DNA from: Emiliania huxleyi CCMP1516
Taxonomy: Eukaryota
DNA length: 46,396 nt
Assembly: GCF_000372725.1 (NCBI RefSeq)
Contig: NW_005202428.1
Coordinates: forward strand, 1,969,331 to 2,015,726
Reading direction: 5' to 3'
This document shows, in pieces, positions 11,440 to 23,003 of the stretch. Numbering within the stretch: the first letter of the stretch is position 1; every line of letters starts with the position of its first letter. Under the pieces are notes generated by a model. It worked only from the letters and a program-made list of their open reading frames with translations, ran no database searches and was not told the DNA's origin. A program made the translations under genes and the position numbers.

Positions 11440-12450
11440 ATGCAGGCGCTGCGGCTCGTTGACGTCGCCTCAAGCAGCTTTGCAGCAGGCTCCAACGCGG
11501 CGTGCTACGCCGGGAGGCAGGCCTCGACAGCGAGTGAGGCACAGAGGGACGTCTGCGTGTGTGCCTCTTTCTTCGAGCCGCGCCGGACAATGATGGAGCT
11601 GCGGGTCCTCAAGATCCTAGGCTCGGCGCCTCACCCGAACGTCGTCCGGCTGTACGGTTTCCACGTCGGGCTGCTGCCTTCGCAGTGCATCGCTGGCCAT
11701 CCCGCCCGCTGCGACCTCTACGTCGGCACTGCAGCCGGCCCGGCCAGCAGCACCGTCCTGTGGCGCGTGCTCGAGCGGTGCGGTGCAGACCTCTACGAAA
11801 GGCTCCCGACCCTCCGCAGGGACTCCGGCGCGCAGCTTCCGGAGCCGCTCGTACTCGCGCTTCTGGAGCAGATTGCGTGCGCCCTCGCCCACCTGCATCA
11901 ACACGGCATCAGTCACCGCGACATCAAGCTCGAGAATGTGCTGGTGGCGCCTTGTGGCAGCCTCAAATTGGCTGACTTTGACTTGGCGTCGGTCGACGCG
12001 GCCTGCACGGACACGGTGGGCACGCGCTCGTACGCCGCGCCGGAGGTGCTGGCTGCGAGCGAGCGCGCGCCGTACGCGCCAATGCCCGCTGACGTGTGGT
12101 CCTTTGGTTGCCTGGCCTTTGGGCTGGCCACATCGTTCTTCTTTGTGGACGAGGCGAGCGAGCGGGACTGGAGGTTCGCATTGGTCGCGCGCTGCCAGGC
12201 GGACGGGCGCAGCGCCCTTCGCGTCCTCTTCTCTGCGTACCGCCTTCCCTGCCCCTTCTCGCCCGAGCTCTGCTCGCTGCTCGACCAGTGCTTGCAAGTC
12301 ACACCTGCGGCTCGGCCAAGCAGCGCGAGCGTGCACAATGCGCTGGAACAGCTGGTCGTGCGCAATTCGCGCGCCGCGCTGGTGCCGTCGGCGCCGCTCG
12401 CGCAGGAGCCGCAGGCTGTCTTCCAACTGTGCGTGCCGCCCTTGTCTTGA
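11440..12450 (+). CDS. Atypical Ser/Thr protein kinase (CAMK-like fold), single exon
   Basis: HPNVVRLYG, HRDIKLENVL, LKLADFD, GTRSYAAPE, ADVWSFG, PAARPS. Start taken as ATG 11440. Confidence 0.85.
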   Translation: MQALRLVDVASSSFAAGSNAACYAGRQASTASEAQRDVCVCASFFEPRRTMMELRVLKILGSAPHPNVVRLYGFHVGLLPSQCIAGHPARCDLYVGTAAGPASSTVLWRVLERCGADLYERLPTLRRDSGAQLPEPLVLALLEQIACALAHLHQHGISHRDIKLENVLVAPCGSLKLADFDLASVDAACTDTVGTRSYAAPEVLAASERAPYAPMPADVWSFGCLAFGLATSFFFVDEASERDWRFALVARCQADGRSALRVLFSAYRLPCPFSPELCSLLDQCLQVTPAARPSSASVHNALEQLVVRNSRAALVPSAPLAQEPQAVFQLCVPPLS

Positions 12451-13271
12451 ACGTGTACTCCCGACATCACGACCAGAGTCCGGACGACACCCGCGTCTTG
12501 TGGATATCTGGCATGGACTCGTGCTCTTGATTTCGTGTGTGTGACTGGCGTGCCCACTGTGAGTTGTGAGGCGTTGCTGGTGTGTTCTTGTATTGTGCGC
12601 GCCGCCACCGGCCTCCCTCGACGCACTCCCACTCGAGTGCGCCCCGTCCGCCCGTGCGCTGCGGGGGAGCATATGTGTTTGTGCACACCGTGCACGCGTG
12701 TTACCCCGTGCGTGCTAGTGTGTCCACTCCTGTCAGTGCGTGGTTTACTACGACCTCACCTGCCTCTTTCCCGCGAAATCGCAACCACGACCGCGCTGAA
12801 CGCATCTCCCAATGCGACAGAGAGAGACTGTGCAACACACGGCCAGTGACCCGTGAGCGCCCAATCGCCGCGTGGCACCTCGAGCTTTTGTGGCCTTCCC
12901 CAGCCCACCACTACCTACCTCCAGGTAGGCTTGAGCTTTCCCAGCAGTCCGAAAAGAGGAACATCACCACTTCGGTAGAATGTTAGAATGTTCATGGTAC
13001 GCACCAAGCCCGTTGGAGCGGCCGGGCACGGCCAGCCGACGCCGCGGTAGCCCACACCTCGCACGATCCATGCGCCACGAGCAGCGCTGGGTGTCAACTC
13101 GTGCCGTTTGCGGGGTCCATGTCGCTGTCGCTGTCGCTGCCGTGTCGGCACGCCAGCTCGTTATTGATTTTATCAAGCCGCGCTCTCCAGTCGGCGCTGA
13201 AATCCGGTGCAGGTTTCTGCGTGGGAATAAAGAGCGCGAGCAACGTCGCCCAGATCGTCAACGGCCTTGAC

Positions 13272-13466
13272 GACGTCTCCGACTGCGGCTCGTCAGGGCT
13301 CGCGCTGGGCATTTTGGCGAACAAAAGAAATTATTCCGCCGAGGTTCTCGAGGTGGATATGGCCGCGTTGGGTAGCGAGGATTTAATGGAAAAATTTTAG
13401 GACAAAAAGTATGACGTCTCCGACTGCGGCTCGTCGAGCGCGCCAGGCATTTTGCGAACAAAAGAA
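13272..13466 (+). repeat. Direct repeat of about 55 bp, two copies
   Basis: GACGTCTCCGACTGCGGCTCGTC...GGCATTTTG(G)CGAACAAAAGAA at 13272-13329 and 13413-13466. A partial third GCGAACAAAAGAA lies near 13578. Confidence 0.7.
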
Positions 13467-13617
13467 TTTTACCAGCGAACTCCCTCGCACGGACACTGGA
13501 CACGGGACTGGCGCGCACTGGCACTAACACAGGTACACCACGCTCCACGCACCACGGGAGCCGCCTAAGCGACTCCTGCGAACAAAAGAAGCGTCGCCGG
13601 CTTTCTCTTTTCTACCC

Positions 13618-13737
13618 CTGGATCGTCCTTCCAAAATCCTGCTCGTGTCAATGCTCGTGCAGGTAGGGACCCTGTCCTCCCCCCATCCCTCGTCTGGAGC
13701 ACTTGGAGGTTTGGTGTGTGTGTTTTCTTTCTTTCTT
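13618..13737 (+). mobile_element. Family-B2 retroelement 3' end
   Basis: Homologous to 1432-1524 and ends in a (TTTC)n tail. Confidence 0.65.
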
Positions 13738-13844
13738 ATCGGTGGCTCGGAGAGGAGCCGGCGAGGGAGCGCTGGCCAGGCCAAGCCGGCTGGCCTGGTA
13801 CGAGTAGAGGGAGAGCGGGCGGCTGCGCCGGCACTGCGGGCGGA

Positions 13845-14694
13845 TCAGGCGGCCTTGTTGCTCACGGCCACCGGCTTGCCCCCGAGGGCGAGGAAGAAGG
13901 CGTCCGCCGCCCTCGTCAGCGTGGGCGAGGCGGCGAGCAGCCGGTCGAGGTTCAGCGTAGGCGCAGCGTAGTTCTTCGTCAGCTTGCGGTGGTGCTCCAG
14001 GTGGCCGCCTGTTCACAGTTGCACCGCTGCGTCTCTTCTTCCCCGCCTCCCGCCGCTGCGCGAGACGGCCGCCGGTGCTGACAAAGACGGAGGGGAGCAG
14101 CGCGGCGGCGAGCGCCTCGAGGCGCGGCGTGTGTATCAGCAAGTTGTTCGCCGAGATGAGCGACACCGCCGCGTACAGCGCCAACGCGTCGGGGCGGCAG
14201 ACGACGCAGCCAACCACGAACGGCAGCATGTAGGCGATGGCGTACTCGGTGAGCGAGACGGCGTTGGAGGCGCTTGGGACGACGTGCGTAGAGAACTGGT
14301 GGTGGAAGGAGTGCGCCCAGTACAGCGCCTTGGTGTGCATCAGCCGGTGCGCCGTGTAGTAGCCCGCCGCGTGCACGAGCACCAGTGCGACCGCCGCGAC
14401 CGCCGATGAGGCGGGCGGCAGCGCGGGCCAGCAGAAGAACTCCTGTGCCACGTAGTAGACGGCGGGGCCGAGCAGAAAGTTGTTGCGGAGCGTTGCGGCC
14501 CACGCCTGCGCGTACAGGCTCGGCGACTTGCGAGCGAGGCCAATCGCGACGTCGAGGCAGAGGAGCTCGAGGACGAGCATCACGACCGTGGTGGACGCAG
14601 CCATCCGAACTCCGGCCGCCACGCCCAGGGGCACCGGCCACGCAGTGAGCGTCTGCAGCCAGGCTTGAACCGCCGAGTCGGCAGGGACGAGCAT
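13845..14694 (-). CDS. Fatty acid hydroxylase / sterol desaturase superfamily protein (2 exons)
   Basis: His boxes HRLMH, HSFHH and LIH. After a GC-AG intron (about 14011-14072) the frame continues HLEHHRKLTKNYA. Transmembrane segments present. Confidence 0.88.
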
Positions 14695-14818
14695 CTCCGG
14701 GCGCGGGCGGCGAGCAAGGGAGGGTGGGAGCTGTGAGGGTCCGGCCCACCTATACCCCGACTCGGCGGCAAGGGAGAGTTTGGGCGCTTTTGATAAAGAA
14801 ATCGTGCGAGGACCAAGA

Positions 14819-15487
14819 CTAGAGCATCTCCGCGGTCTCAAGCAGTGCCGGCCAGGACGGCGGCGCTCCTGGCAGGCGCAGCTTGGCGAGCGACACGGCG
14901 AGGGTGCGGGTATCTCCGACGTCGTGCAGCGTGAAGTCGCTCTCGTCCGGATCACACGGCAGATGCAGCTTCGCGTTCGTCAGCACCGCCTCGCCGCCCA
15001 CGCTGAGCGAGACGGCCTTCGACGTTGCGTTGAGCCGCACGTCCTTCGGCCTTGTCTCCGGCGGCAGCCCTCGTAGCAGCAGCATGGCCTCCGCCGGCGT
15101 CTGCTCGAAGGTCCACCGCGTGTGCAGCGGCCCACTCATCGGGCCGCTGCTCAGAGGCCCCGTCAGCGGCGCAGCCTTGGGCGCCGCCCGTCGCATCGCC
15201 GCCGCCGTGTCTCGATAGTATCCGAGGCCGTCGCCGCCGCTCTTGAAGACGTAATCATCGCGGCGGCCTTCAAAGGCTGTCGCCGGCACAAACGGCGGAG
15301 GCGGAGGCGCGGCGTCGCTCGACTGTGGCCGCTCGGGTGGTGGCAGAAGCACCTCGCCGGCGTTGGGCTGCGCCTTGCGAGCGGCGGCGATAAAGTCGGT
15401 CGCATCCCTGAGAATTTGCCGCGCGACCGGATTCCGAGCTTCCTCGATGCGTTGCTGCACCGGGTCGAGGCTGGAGGGCGCAGGCAT
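14819..15487 (-). CDS. CS (p23/NudC-like) domain co-chaperone-type protein
   Basis: WTFEQTPAEA..L.GLPPETRPKDV......L..PCDPDESDFTL.D...LAVSLAK..WPALL is a CS-domain pattern. It is preceded by the motif FVPATAFEGRRDDYVFKSGGDGLGYYRD. Confidence 0.8.
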   Translation of the reverse strand: MPAPSSLDPVQQRIEEARNPVARQILRDATDFIAAARKAQPNAGEVLLPPPERPQSSDAAPPPPPFVPATAFEGRRDDYVFKSGGDGLGYYRDTAAAMRRAAPKAAPLTGPLSSGPMSGPLHTRWTFEQTPAEAMLLLRGLPPETRPKDVRLNATSKAVSLSVGGEAVLTNAKLHLPCDPDESDFTLHDVGDTRTLAVSLAKLRLPGAPPSWPALLETAEML

Positions 15488-15628
15488 CGGGTCGAGGCTG
15501 CGCTGAGACGCAAAACAGAAGGGCCGATGAGGGGTAGGGATGGAAGCGGCGGCGGAAGAGGCAGCGGCGGTGACGACAAAAAAAGCGGGGACTTTTGTTT
15601 CTTTTTGCGCGCCAGTCCCGTGCCCAGT

Positions 15629-15859
15629 GAAGAAAGAAAAAACATAAGCCAAGGGAGGGATGGGAGGACGGCACGCCGCCACCGTGCCCAGTAAAAGAAA
15701 GAATTTTAAGAAAACAGACAACCCAGAGGAGGGATGGGAGGAAGAAAGGTTTTCTAAAATCTCTCTCTGGCAGGACGGCACGCCGCCACCACACATTGTT
15801 GGGATTTTAAGGAGAGGGTTGTGGTGCGCTAGCCGTCGCCCACCCTTGGGCGTCTGCCA
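15629..15859 (-). mobile_element. Two tandem family-B retroelement copies at the same target
   Basis: Copies at 15629-15681 and 15693-15859. The target CCGTGCCCAGT occurs three times (15618, 15682, 15860). Confidence 0.8.
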
Positions 15860-15899
15860 CCGTGCCCAGTGTGTGCGAGGGAGCTTAGTCTACAGTCAG

Positions 15900-15958
15900 C
15901 GCTTTGATCCCAATCACGACACATGTGTGACTCGCCTAGTGTGGAGACGCCGTGTACC
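15900..15958 (-). repeat. Dispersed repeat (family D), inverted copy of about 23489-23545
   Basis: CTTTGAKCCCAATCASGACACATGTGTGACTCGCCTAGTGTGSAGACGCCGTGT is shared by both loci. Confidence 0.7.
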
Positions 15959-16050
15959 GTGGGGCCTTGTTGTCCTAGCACGGGAGTACCCGTGTGGACC
16001 GGAGGTAACAGCAGCAGCAGCAGCAGCCTGTGTTAGTTAGTGCCAGTGCG

Positions 16051-16422
16051 TAGAGCTGTTTAACATTAACTTTGGGCCTAACTAACAGTTGCGCTATTGT
16101 TGGCTGAAATCCTTAACGTTGTTCAAGTGTTCACCCCAGCCAATGCTGTTACTGTTTGTTACTGTTGTTACTGTTGTTCAGCGGCCAGCAAGCAGAACGG
16201 CAAAAAACCCGGGTAAAACCCAAAAATACCTGGGATTTCCCGGGTATTTTCGGGTATTACCCGCACTGGACGCTGGAGATCGTCGTGGGTCACTGCCAGG
16301 CCTTCCTTATTGTTGTTCAGCCGGCCTAACGTTAGCTACTGTTGTTGGGGAGCCCCACTGTTGTTCTGTTGTTACTGTTAACACTAGCAACACTGTTCAG
16401 CTCCCAACGTTAAACAGCTCTA
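16051..16422. mobile_element. hAT-type MITE
   Basis: TIR TAGAGCTGTTTAACRTT. 8-bp TSD CCAGTGCG at 16043-16050 and 16423-16430. Subterminal CTGTT/GTTACT repeats. Confidence 0.85.
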
Positions 16423-16582
16423 CCAGTGCGGAGAGAGAGAAGGTATTGTTTGTCCAGTGCGCGCCAGTCCCGTGCAGAACAAAAAAAAGGGAAAAAGTTT
16501 TTTCACAGCCAGTGGCGCGGGAGCCGTACTGCGGCTTTCCTTTCCTCGATCGTTGATAAAAGAAAGACGTAGCACAAAAACA

Positions 16583-16755
16583 GTCCCACCATGCAGAGCG
16601 CATCTCTCTCTCTCTGTTGTGCGAGGCGTGAACCGCGCCATTCGCTCTCACCTGGCAACCCTGTCTGCACGTCTCGCGCGCGCGTGAACAGGGCTCCAGG
16701 CCCCAAATGACGTGTGAGTGTTAGATTTGTTTGGTATTGCTAAAAATCTCTCTCT
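16583..16755 (+). mobile_element. 5'-truncated family-A CRE-like retrotransposon
   Basis: Matches the 3' end of 23650-24990 including the AAAAATCTCTCTCT tail. TSD CAAAAACA at 16575-16582 and 16756-16763. Confidence 0.85.
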
Positions 16756-16832
16756 CAAAAACAAACCTAGAGCTTCCTGCCGGGCCCGACGCGAGAGTGA
16801 GAGTCTCTCTCTAGAGTGTGTGAGTCTCTCTG

Positions 16833-18288
<1,456 letters not shown>

Positions 18289-18916
18289 CGGTGGGGCAGA
18301 CGTGTGGGGTCCGTGGGCAGGGGCAGAGCGGCCGGCGAGACCCGTGCGAGAGCATCGGAGGGTGATGCGTGCGCCAGGCGCGCTGGCTCTCCTCTTTTAT
18401 TTTTATGTGTCGAGATGTGTATCAGATACGAGAGCTCGCGGGGGCTAGCGCGGGCTCGGCCAGTACACTGACCAGTGCGCAAGTGGTGCCAGTCCCTATC
18501 ATTGAAAGTAGCAGAGGGGTCGGACCACACGCTCTCCGAATGGGATTTTCTGCCCTGCCGCCTGTCGCGGCCCCGCCTGCCTCCCGGGGCCCGCCCGGCC
18601 GTGCCATCCGCCGCCGGACCGCCCGGCGGGTCCAACCCGAAGCGGGCGACCGGCCGTTCGCACCGCTCGGCCGGCGGGGCGAGCCCCGCGGCCCTCGATC
18701 GCTCGCCCCAGGTCGTGGCCCGACCGGCCCACGCGCACGTCCTGGCCTCTACCGCCGCTTTCGGCGGCGCAATTTGCGCCTTCATCGCTCTCTGGATCCT
18801 CCTGGCACCCATCGGACTCTTCCCGACGGTCGGCGGCACCCACTCCGTGCACTTTGAGTCAGACTCGCTCTTCGGCAGGCACGCTCTTCGGCAAAAAGTC
18901 GCCGCCGGCCGTTCAC

Positions 18917-19730
18917 GCCGAGCCAGCCAGTTGCCGGCTCGCACGGCAGCCTCTTCCTCTCGACCAGCCTCAACTTCGACACGGTCATCATTTTGTCGCT
19001 GCGTGCTCGTGGCGAGCCGGGCGGCGGTCAAAGTTTGCCCAGACGAGCGCCAGGCGATAGCAAGGTCTCTGTTCGCCCTGTGCATGTCAGGCCAGGCTGC
19101 AGCGGGGCACTACCATCGTGCTACGCTGTTGCAGCCTGACCTTTCCCACTGTGCACAGCCGCCAGAGCACCACCACCGCCCGGCATCGTGTCACGGCGAG
19201 CTCCTTCTGCACCCGTTCGCGAGGCTCTCGCGCTGGCACACTTCGGCCTTCCGCTGCTCGCGTTCGGCGAGCTCTTCTCCGCACTCCTGCCACGGTGCCG
19301 TCGCCACACACCTTCTGGCCGGCCTGAGCCATGCGGACTCGACCTCTCTCCCTCTCTGGAGCACGCCACGGGCCGCGACGGCTGCTGGCAGCCGGCCGGC
19401 GTGAGGAGGCAGTTTGCCGGCACAGTCGAGCTGGAGTATCCGCTTCTTGATGCTTCTGCGGTCAAGCTCGACCTTATGTGACATGATATGCCACAATAAT
19501 GCACGCTCTCACCCCTCAAAGTGTCGAAGTTTACCGGTGACTCTCCGGTGGCCCGATAGTACCGTGTGCCTTTTCCTTCAAACGAACGCGCTTCGAGGTT
19601 CGACAATCGCTAAGCTGCTTATGGGGCACCGCTGCGACTCCCTTGAGGATGCCTGAGGCCACCCCAAGCACTCCCTAAGCCTTACGTGGACGATTTCAAC
19701 CCTACTCTGTGTTTGTCTACGCACATTAGC
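18917..19730. mobile_element. Diverged copy of the 2890-4592 element lacking the nested insert
   Basis: 18917-19245 matches about 2975-3310, and 19253-19700 matches about 4075-4560. Confidence 0.8.
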
Positions 19731-19867
19731 AACTTTGTGCTCATGTCAACGCCACGCCAGTGCTAGCCCATTCAACCCCGCCCCATTGGGGGCGGGGCCC
19801 GTCAAGGGCCTCACTCTAGTGGTATTATAAATTTCTTCCCGCGCCAAATGTACCTGCCGGGAGCGCC

Positions 19868-20743
19868 ATGCCCATAGACTTGGACGGCGTGGAGTCGCTC
19901 ACGAGCATCGTCTCGGCGGCGCTCGAATCGCGCGGCGTGCTCGCCAGGATTCGCGCCGAGCTGCGCGCCAACGTCTTTGCCGCGATTCACGAGGAGGAGC
20001 CTGTGGACCAGCGCGGGCCCGAGGCGGAGGCGCTTGCGCGCCTGCGCTCCGAGCCGGCGGGCGAGCTGGCGCTGCACCTCGTGCGCGACCTGCTCAGCAC
20101 GTGCGGCCTCGCCTACACCACCTCCGTCCTGCTGCCCGAGGCGCGCCTGCTGCCCGACGTTGCGGGGCTTGACAGGGCGGCGCTCGCCGGCTCGCTCGGC
20201 GTGCCGACTTCCGCCGCCGAGGACGGCACGCCGCTGCTCGTCTCGCTGCTCCGCTCGCGCGCGGGCGGCACGCCGCCGCTGCCGCCGCGGCCCAGCTCTC
20301 CTCCTCCGCCGATGCCGCCGCCCGCCGCCGCCGCCTCGTCGCTGCGACCCGGCTCGTCGTCAGCCCCCGGCTCGTCGTCAGCCAAGCCGCTCGCGCCGGC
20401 GGGGCGGCGCGGCGCCGGCCACCTCTCGGACCTGCCTCCGCTCGGCGGCGGCGCCTCCGCGAGCGGGCTGCGGCTGACCGACGAGGAGCAGCGGCTCGAC
20501 GCGCTGGAGAGCAAGCTGGCCGGCTTGGCGGGGATGCAGCTGGAGGGGGCGGGCGACGAGGGGGACGAGATCGACGAGGAGATCGAGGACGAGTTCGAGG
20601 AGGACGATGACGACGACGCGCACGGCCTCACTGCCTCGCGCCGTTTCGACGCCTCGGTCGACGAGTCTGTCTCTCCTGGCAGGTTGGCGCGGCTCGAGCA
20701 GCGGTTCGACCACAGCGAGGAGGCGTTGCTGCCGCGCCGGTGA
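19868..20743 (+). CDS. CEP43: FGFR1 oncogene partner / centrosomal protein 43 (LisH_2 dimerisation domain)
   Basis: ALESRGVLARIRAELRANVFAAI and LVRDLL..CGLAYTTSVLLPE form the FOP/TON1 N-terminal signature. An acidic C-terminus ends FDHSEE. Confidence 0.85.
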   Translation: MPIDLDGVESLTSIVSAALESRGVLARIRAELRANVFAAIHEEEPVDQRGPEAEALARLRSEPAGELALHLVRDLLSTCGLAYTTSVLLPEARLLPDVAGLDRAALAGSLGVPTSAAEDGTPLLVSLLRSRAGGTPPLPPRPSSPPPPMPPPAAAASSLRPGSSSAPGSSSAKPLAPAGRRGAGHLSDLPPLGGGASASGLRLTDEEQRLDALESKLAGLAGMQLEGAGDEGDEIDEEIEDEFEEDDDDDAHGLTASRRFDASVDESVSPGRLARLEQRFDHSEEALLPRR

Positions 20744-21099
20744 GCGCAGGCGAGCGGGAGGAGTCGGGCCGCGGGCGGAGACTATGGCAGTCTGTCGCAT
20801 CGCATAAACGACGTGCCAGTGCGGCGCGCACAAAGCAAAAAGTGTATCTAGCCAAGCGGAGAGAGTGTGTGAGAACGAGAGCCGCGCTCTCCCACTCCCG
20901 ACTCCGCACTCTCCGCGGCGAGGTATACATAGGAGTCGGGTCGTCAATGTGCCAGAGCGGCGCCAGCATGCATGGGAACACGAAACGTCACGGTCATTAC
21001 GTAAGAGCACATTCAAAAGCACTGAGCAGTAAGCACACCACCTCTAAGACCACACCCAAGCGACCTGCTGTAACTCACACTAACACACACGTCGCACAT

Positions 21100-21360
21100 T
21101 CACACTGTCCTCCCGTTATCGTCGTCTTCATCGAGAGCGAGCCCGTCACAGCGCAGCTTGGATAGCGGCGCCGCGAAGGGTGCGTTCAGGCCTGTGCAAC
21201 ACGCCAGCGCACCGCAGAGCAAACAGCACGGCCAAAGACAGGACACGACGCCCACGAGTATGGGCGCCTCGACGCTCGGTCCCAGCGTGTAGACTGCGAG
21301 CGCAGATGCGCCGCCCATTGTGAGACAGCCGGCGCCCTGGATGAGCGAGTCGATCCGCAT
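21100..21360 (-). CDS. Small hypothetical membrane protein (86 aa, Cys-rich helix)
   Basis: ATG-started ORF with two hydrophobic segments and a CLWPCCLLCGALACC motif. Confidence 0.4.
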   Translation of the reverse strand: MRIDSLIQGAGCLTMGGASALAVYTLGPSVEAPILVGVVSCLWPCCLLCGALACCTGLNAPFAAPLSKLRCDGLALDEDDDNGRTV

Positions 21361-21545
21361 TGATCCGCCGCTTTTGGTCGGAGGCGTTTTGGTGGAGGAG
21401 GCCGGAGCGAGCCAGCGTCACAGGAGGTTGCCGAAAGCTGCTGCTGCGTCACAGGAGGTATCTTAGAGCGTCTTATCTTACCTTATATTTCCCGCTGGCC
21501 CCTTTCTTCGTTTCGCCGGCATCGCCAAAAGTGATACCAACACAT

Positions 21546-23003
21546 ATGCCCCTCTCAGCAGAGCAGCAGCGCGAGCGCCGCGCAGTAAAGCGCGCTGCAG
21601 AAGAGGCAGCTGGCGTCTTCCGTCGCCGACGCGGTCGTCTCGCTGCAGGGCATGTGTGGGACGAGCAGACTGGCACAGCCGTGCCGCAGGCGACGCAGCC
21701 TCCAACGAGCCCATCAGCGGAGGAGGGTGAGAGTGTCCCTCTCACTGCTGGCCTGGCTGTGCCGCACTATTTGCTCGATCGCGGCGAGCAGGCCAGGAGA
21801 CCAGATCACCCAGCTTGGCTTCCCTTCGACCCGGATACCGATGACTACGATTCCGATGGCAGCAGCGGCGAGGAGGACTCCGATGGCGGCTGCAGCAAGC
21901 TTGAGCGGCGCGCCGAGCGGTTCAGCAACAACTGGGCTGCTCAGCAGGCATGCTGGAGGCGGGAGCACCTCGCAAGCATGGCAAAGCGGGCTGCTGCTGC
22001 CGTTGCGTGGGATCAGAAGCACGGTGCCCGGCGTGACGCGGAGCTCGAGCGCGTCATGGCAATGCGCGAGCGAGACGAGCTCGACTACTTCTGGGTGGAG
22101 GTGCGCCCGCAGTCGCCGGCACCATCCTCCCCTTGGAAACTGCGTGAGGCCAAGCACCTTGAGGCGGACGCGGTCCGCACGCTCGGCGTCAACGAGCTGA
22201 ACATGTACGAGCCGCTACTTCTCTACTCTGGCTTCGCTCCATTCACGGGCAGCCTCGTCGAAGCCAGCGCATACTTCCGAGGTGGCCAGTGCGACAAGGA
22301 TTGGCTCGAGGACGAGCGCGAACGGCTCTTTGACGCGCTTGATGCTGAGATGCCACCACTCCCGGATCCCTCGCCACCACCTCCGCTGGATCTGCTCGCT
22401 GTGCATCCGCTCGCCAACTATGGCAGCCGCGCAGGCGACCTGCAAGCCACTGACTACGACCCCTGGGAGCCAGAGCAGTCAGAGCTGCCCACGCAGACAT
22501 CATCATCACCACCACCACCCCCGCCGGCACCAGCACCAGCCCCAGCGGTCGACGCGCTCTCACTTGGTGAGGCCGCTCACCACGCTCTCATCGCTCCGTT
22601 CCCACTCAATGCTCCCACCGATGGCCCTCGCATCATGGCGCGGCTTGATCCAGAGACATATGAGCCGTACTACTATGCTGAGGACGACATCGAGCGGCAG
22701 GCAGCGCGTCGGCTTGAGCTGCTCGACACGACCGTCTCCAACCCAGGCTGGATGAGGGAGCAACATGACCCTCTTGCTCAGCTTACGGATTCTGACGCAC
22801 GGCCGGTGACGCCGCCAGATCGCACAGCGTTCCCACGCGGTGAGGATGGACGGAAGGACTTCCATAACGAGCGCGCCAACTACTACTATGATCGCACTGG
22901 CGAACATCTTGAGGGTCCGCCTGACGCACCGCGCTCGCTGGCCGAGCAGCATGATCTCTTCCACAATCTGACACGCAACTTCCGCACGCGTAATGATCTA
23001 TGA
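21546..23003 (+). CDS. Hypothetical single-exon protein (485 aa)
   Basis: Long ORF with a protein-like, W/Y/D-rich composition and an N-terminal RRRRGRLAAGHVWDEQTG motif. No family recognised. Confidence 0.6.
   Translation: MPLSAEQQRERRAVKRAAEEAAGVFRRRRGRLAAGHVWDEQTGTAVPQATQPPTSPSAEEGESVPLTAGLAVPHYLLDRGEQARRPDHPAWLPFDPDTDDYDSDGSSGEEDSDGGCSKLERRAERFSNNWAAQQACWRREHLASMAKRAAAAVAWDQKHGARRDAELERVMAMRERDELDYFWVEVRPQSPAPSSPWKLREAKHLEADAVRTLGVNELNMYEPLLLYSGFAPFTGSLVEASAYFRGGQCDKDWLEDERERLFDALDAEMPPLPDPSPPPPLDLLAVHPLANYGSRAGDLQATDYDPWEPEQSELPTQTSSSPPPPPPAPAPAPAVDALSLGEAAHHALIAPFPLNAPTDGPRIMARLDPETYEPYYYAEDDIERQAARRLELLDTTVSNPGWMREQHDPLAQLTDSDARPVTPPDRTAFPRGEDGRKDFHNERANYYYDRTGEHLEGPPDAPRSLAEQHDLFHNLTRNFRTRNDL

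Noticed and set aside
16196..16269. Possible extra MITE inside the hAT element (ACCCGGG repeats, ATTACCCGCACTG end)
   Set aside because: Only one hAT-like end is recognisable and no TSD was found.
18475..19404. 309-aa ORF inside the repeated element, a possible transposase
   Set aside because: No DDE/DDD or HTH motifs. It is a low-complexity GC-rich frame and is not preserved in the 2890-4592 copy.
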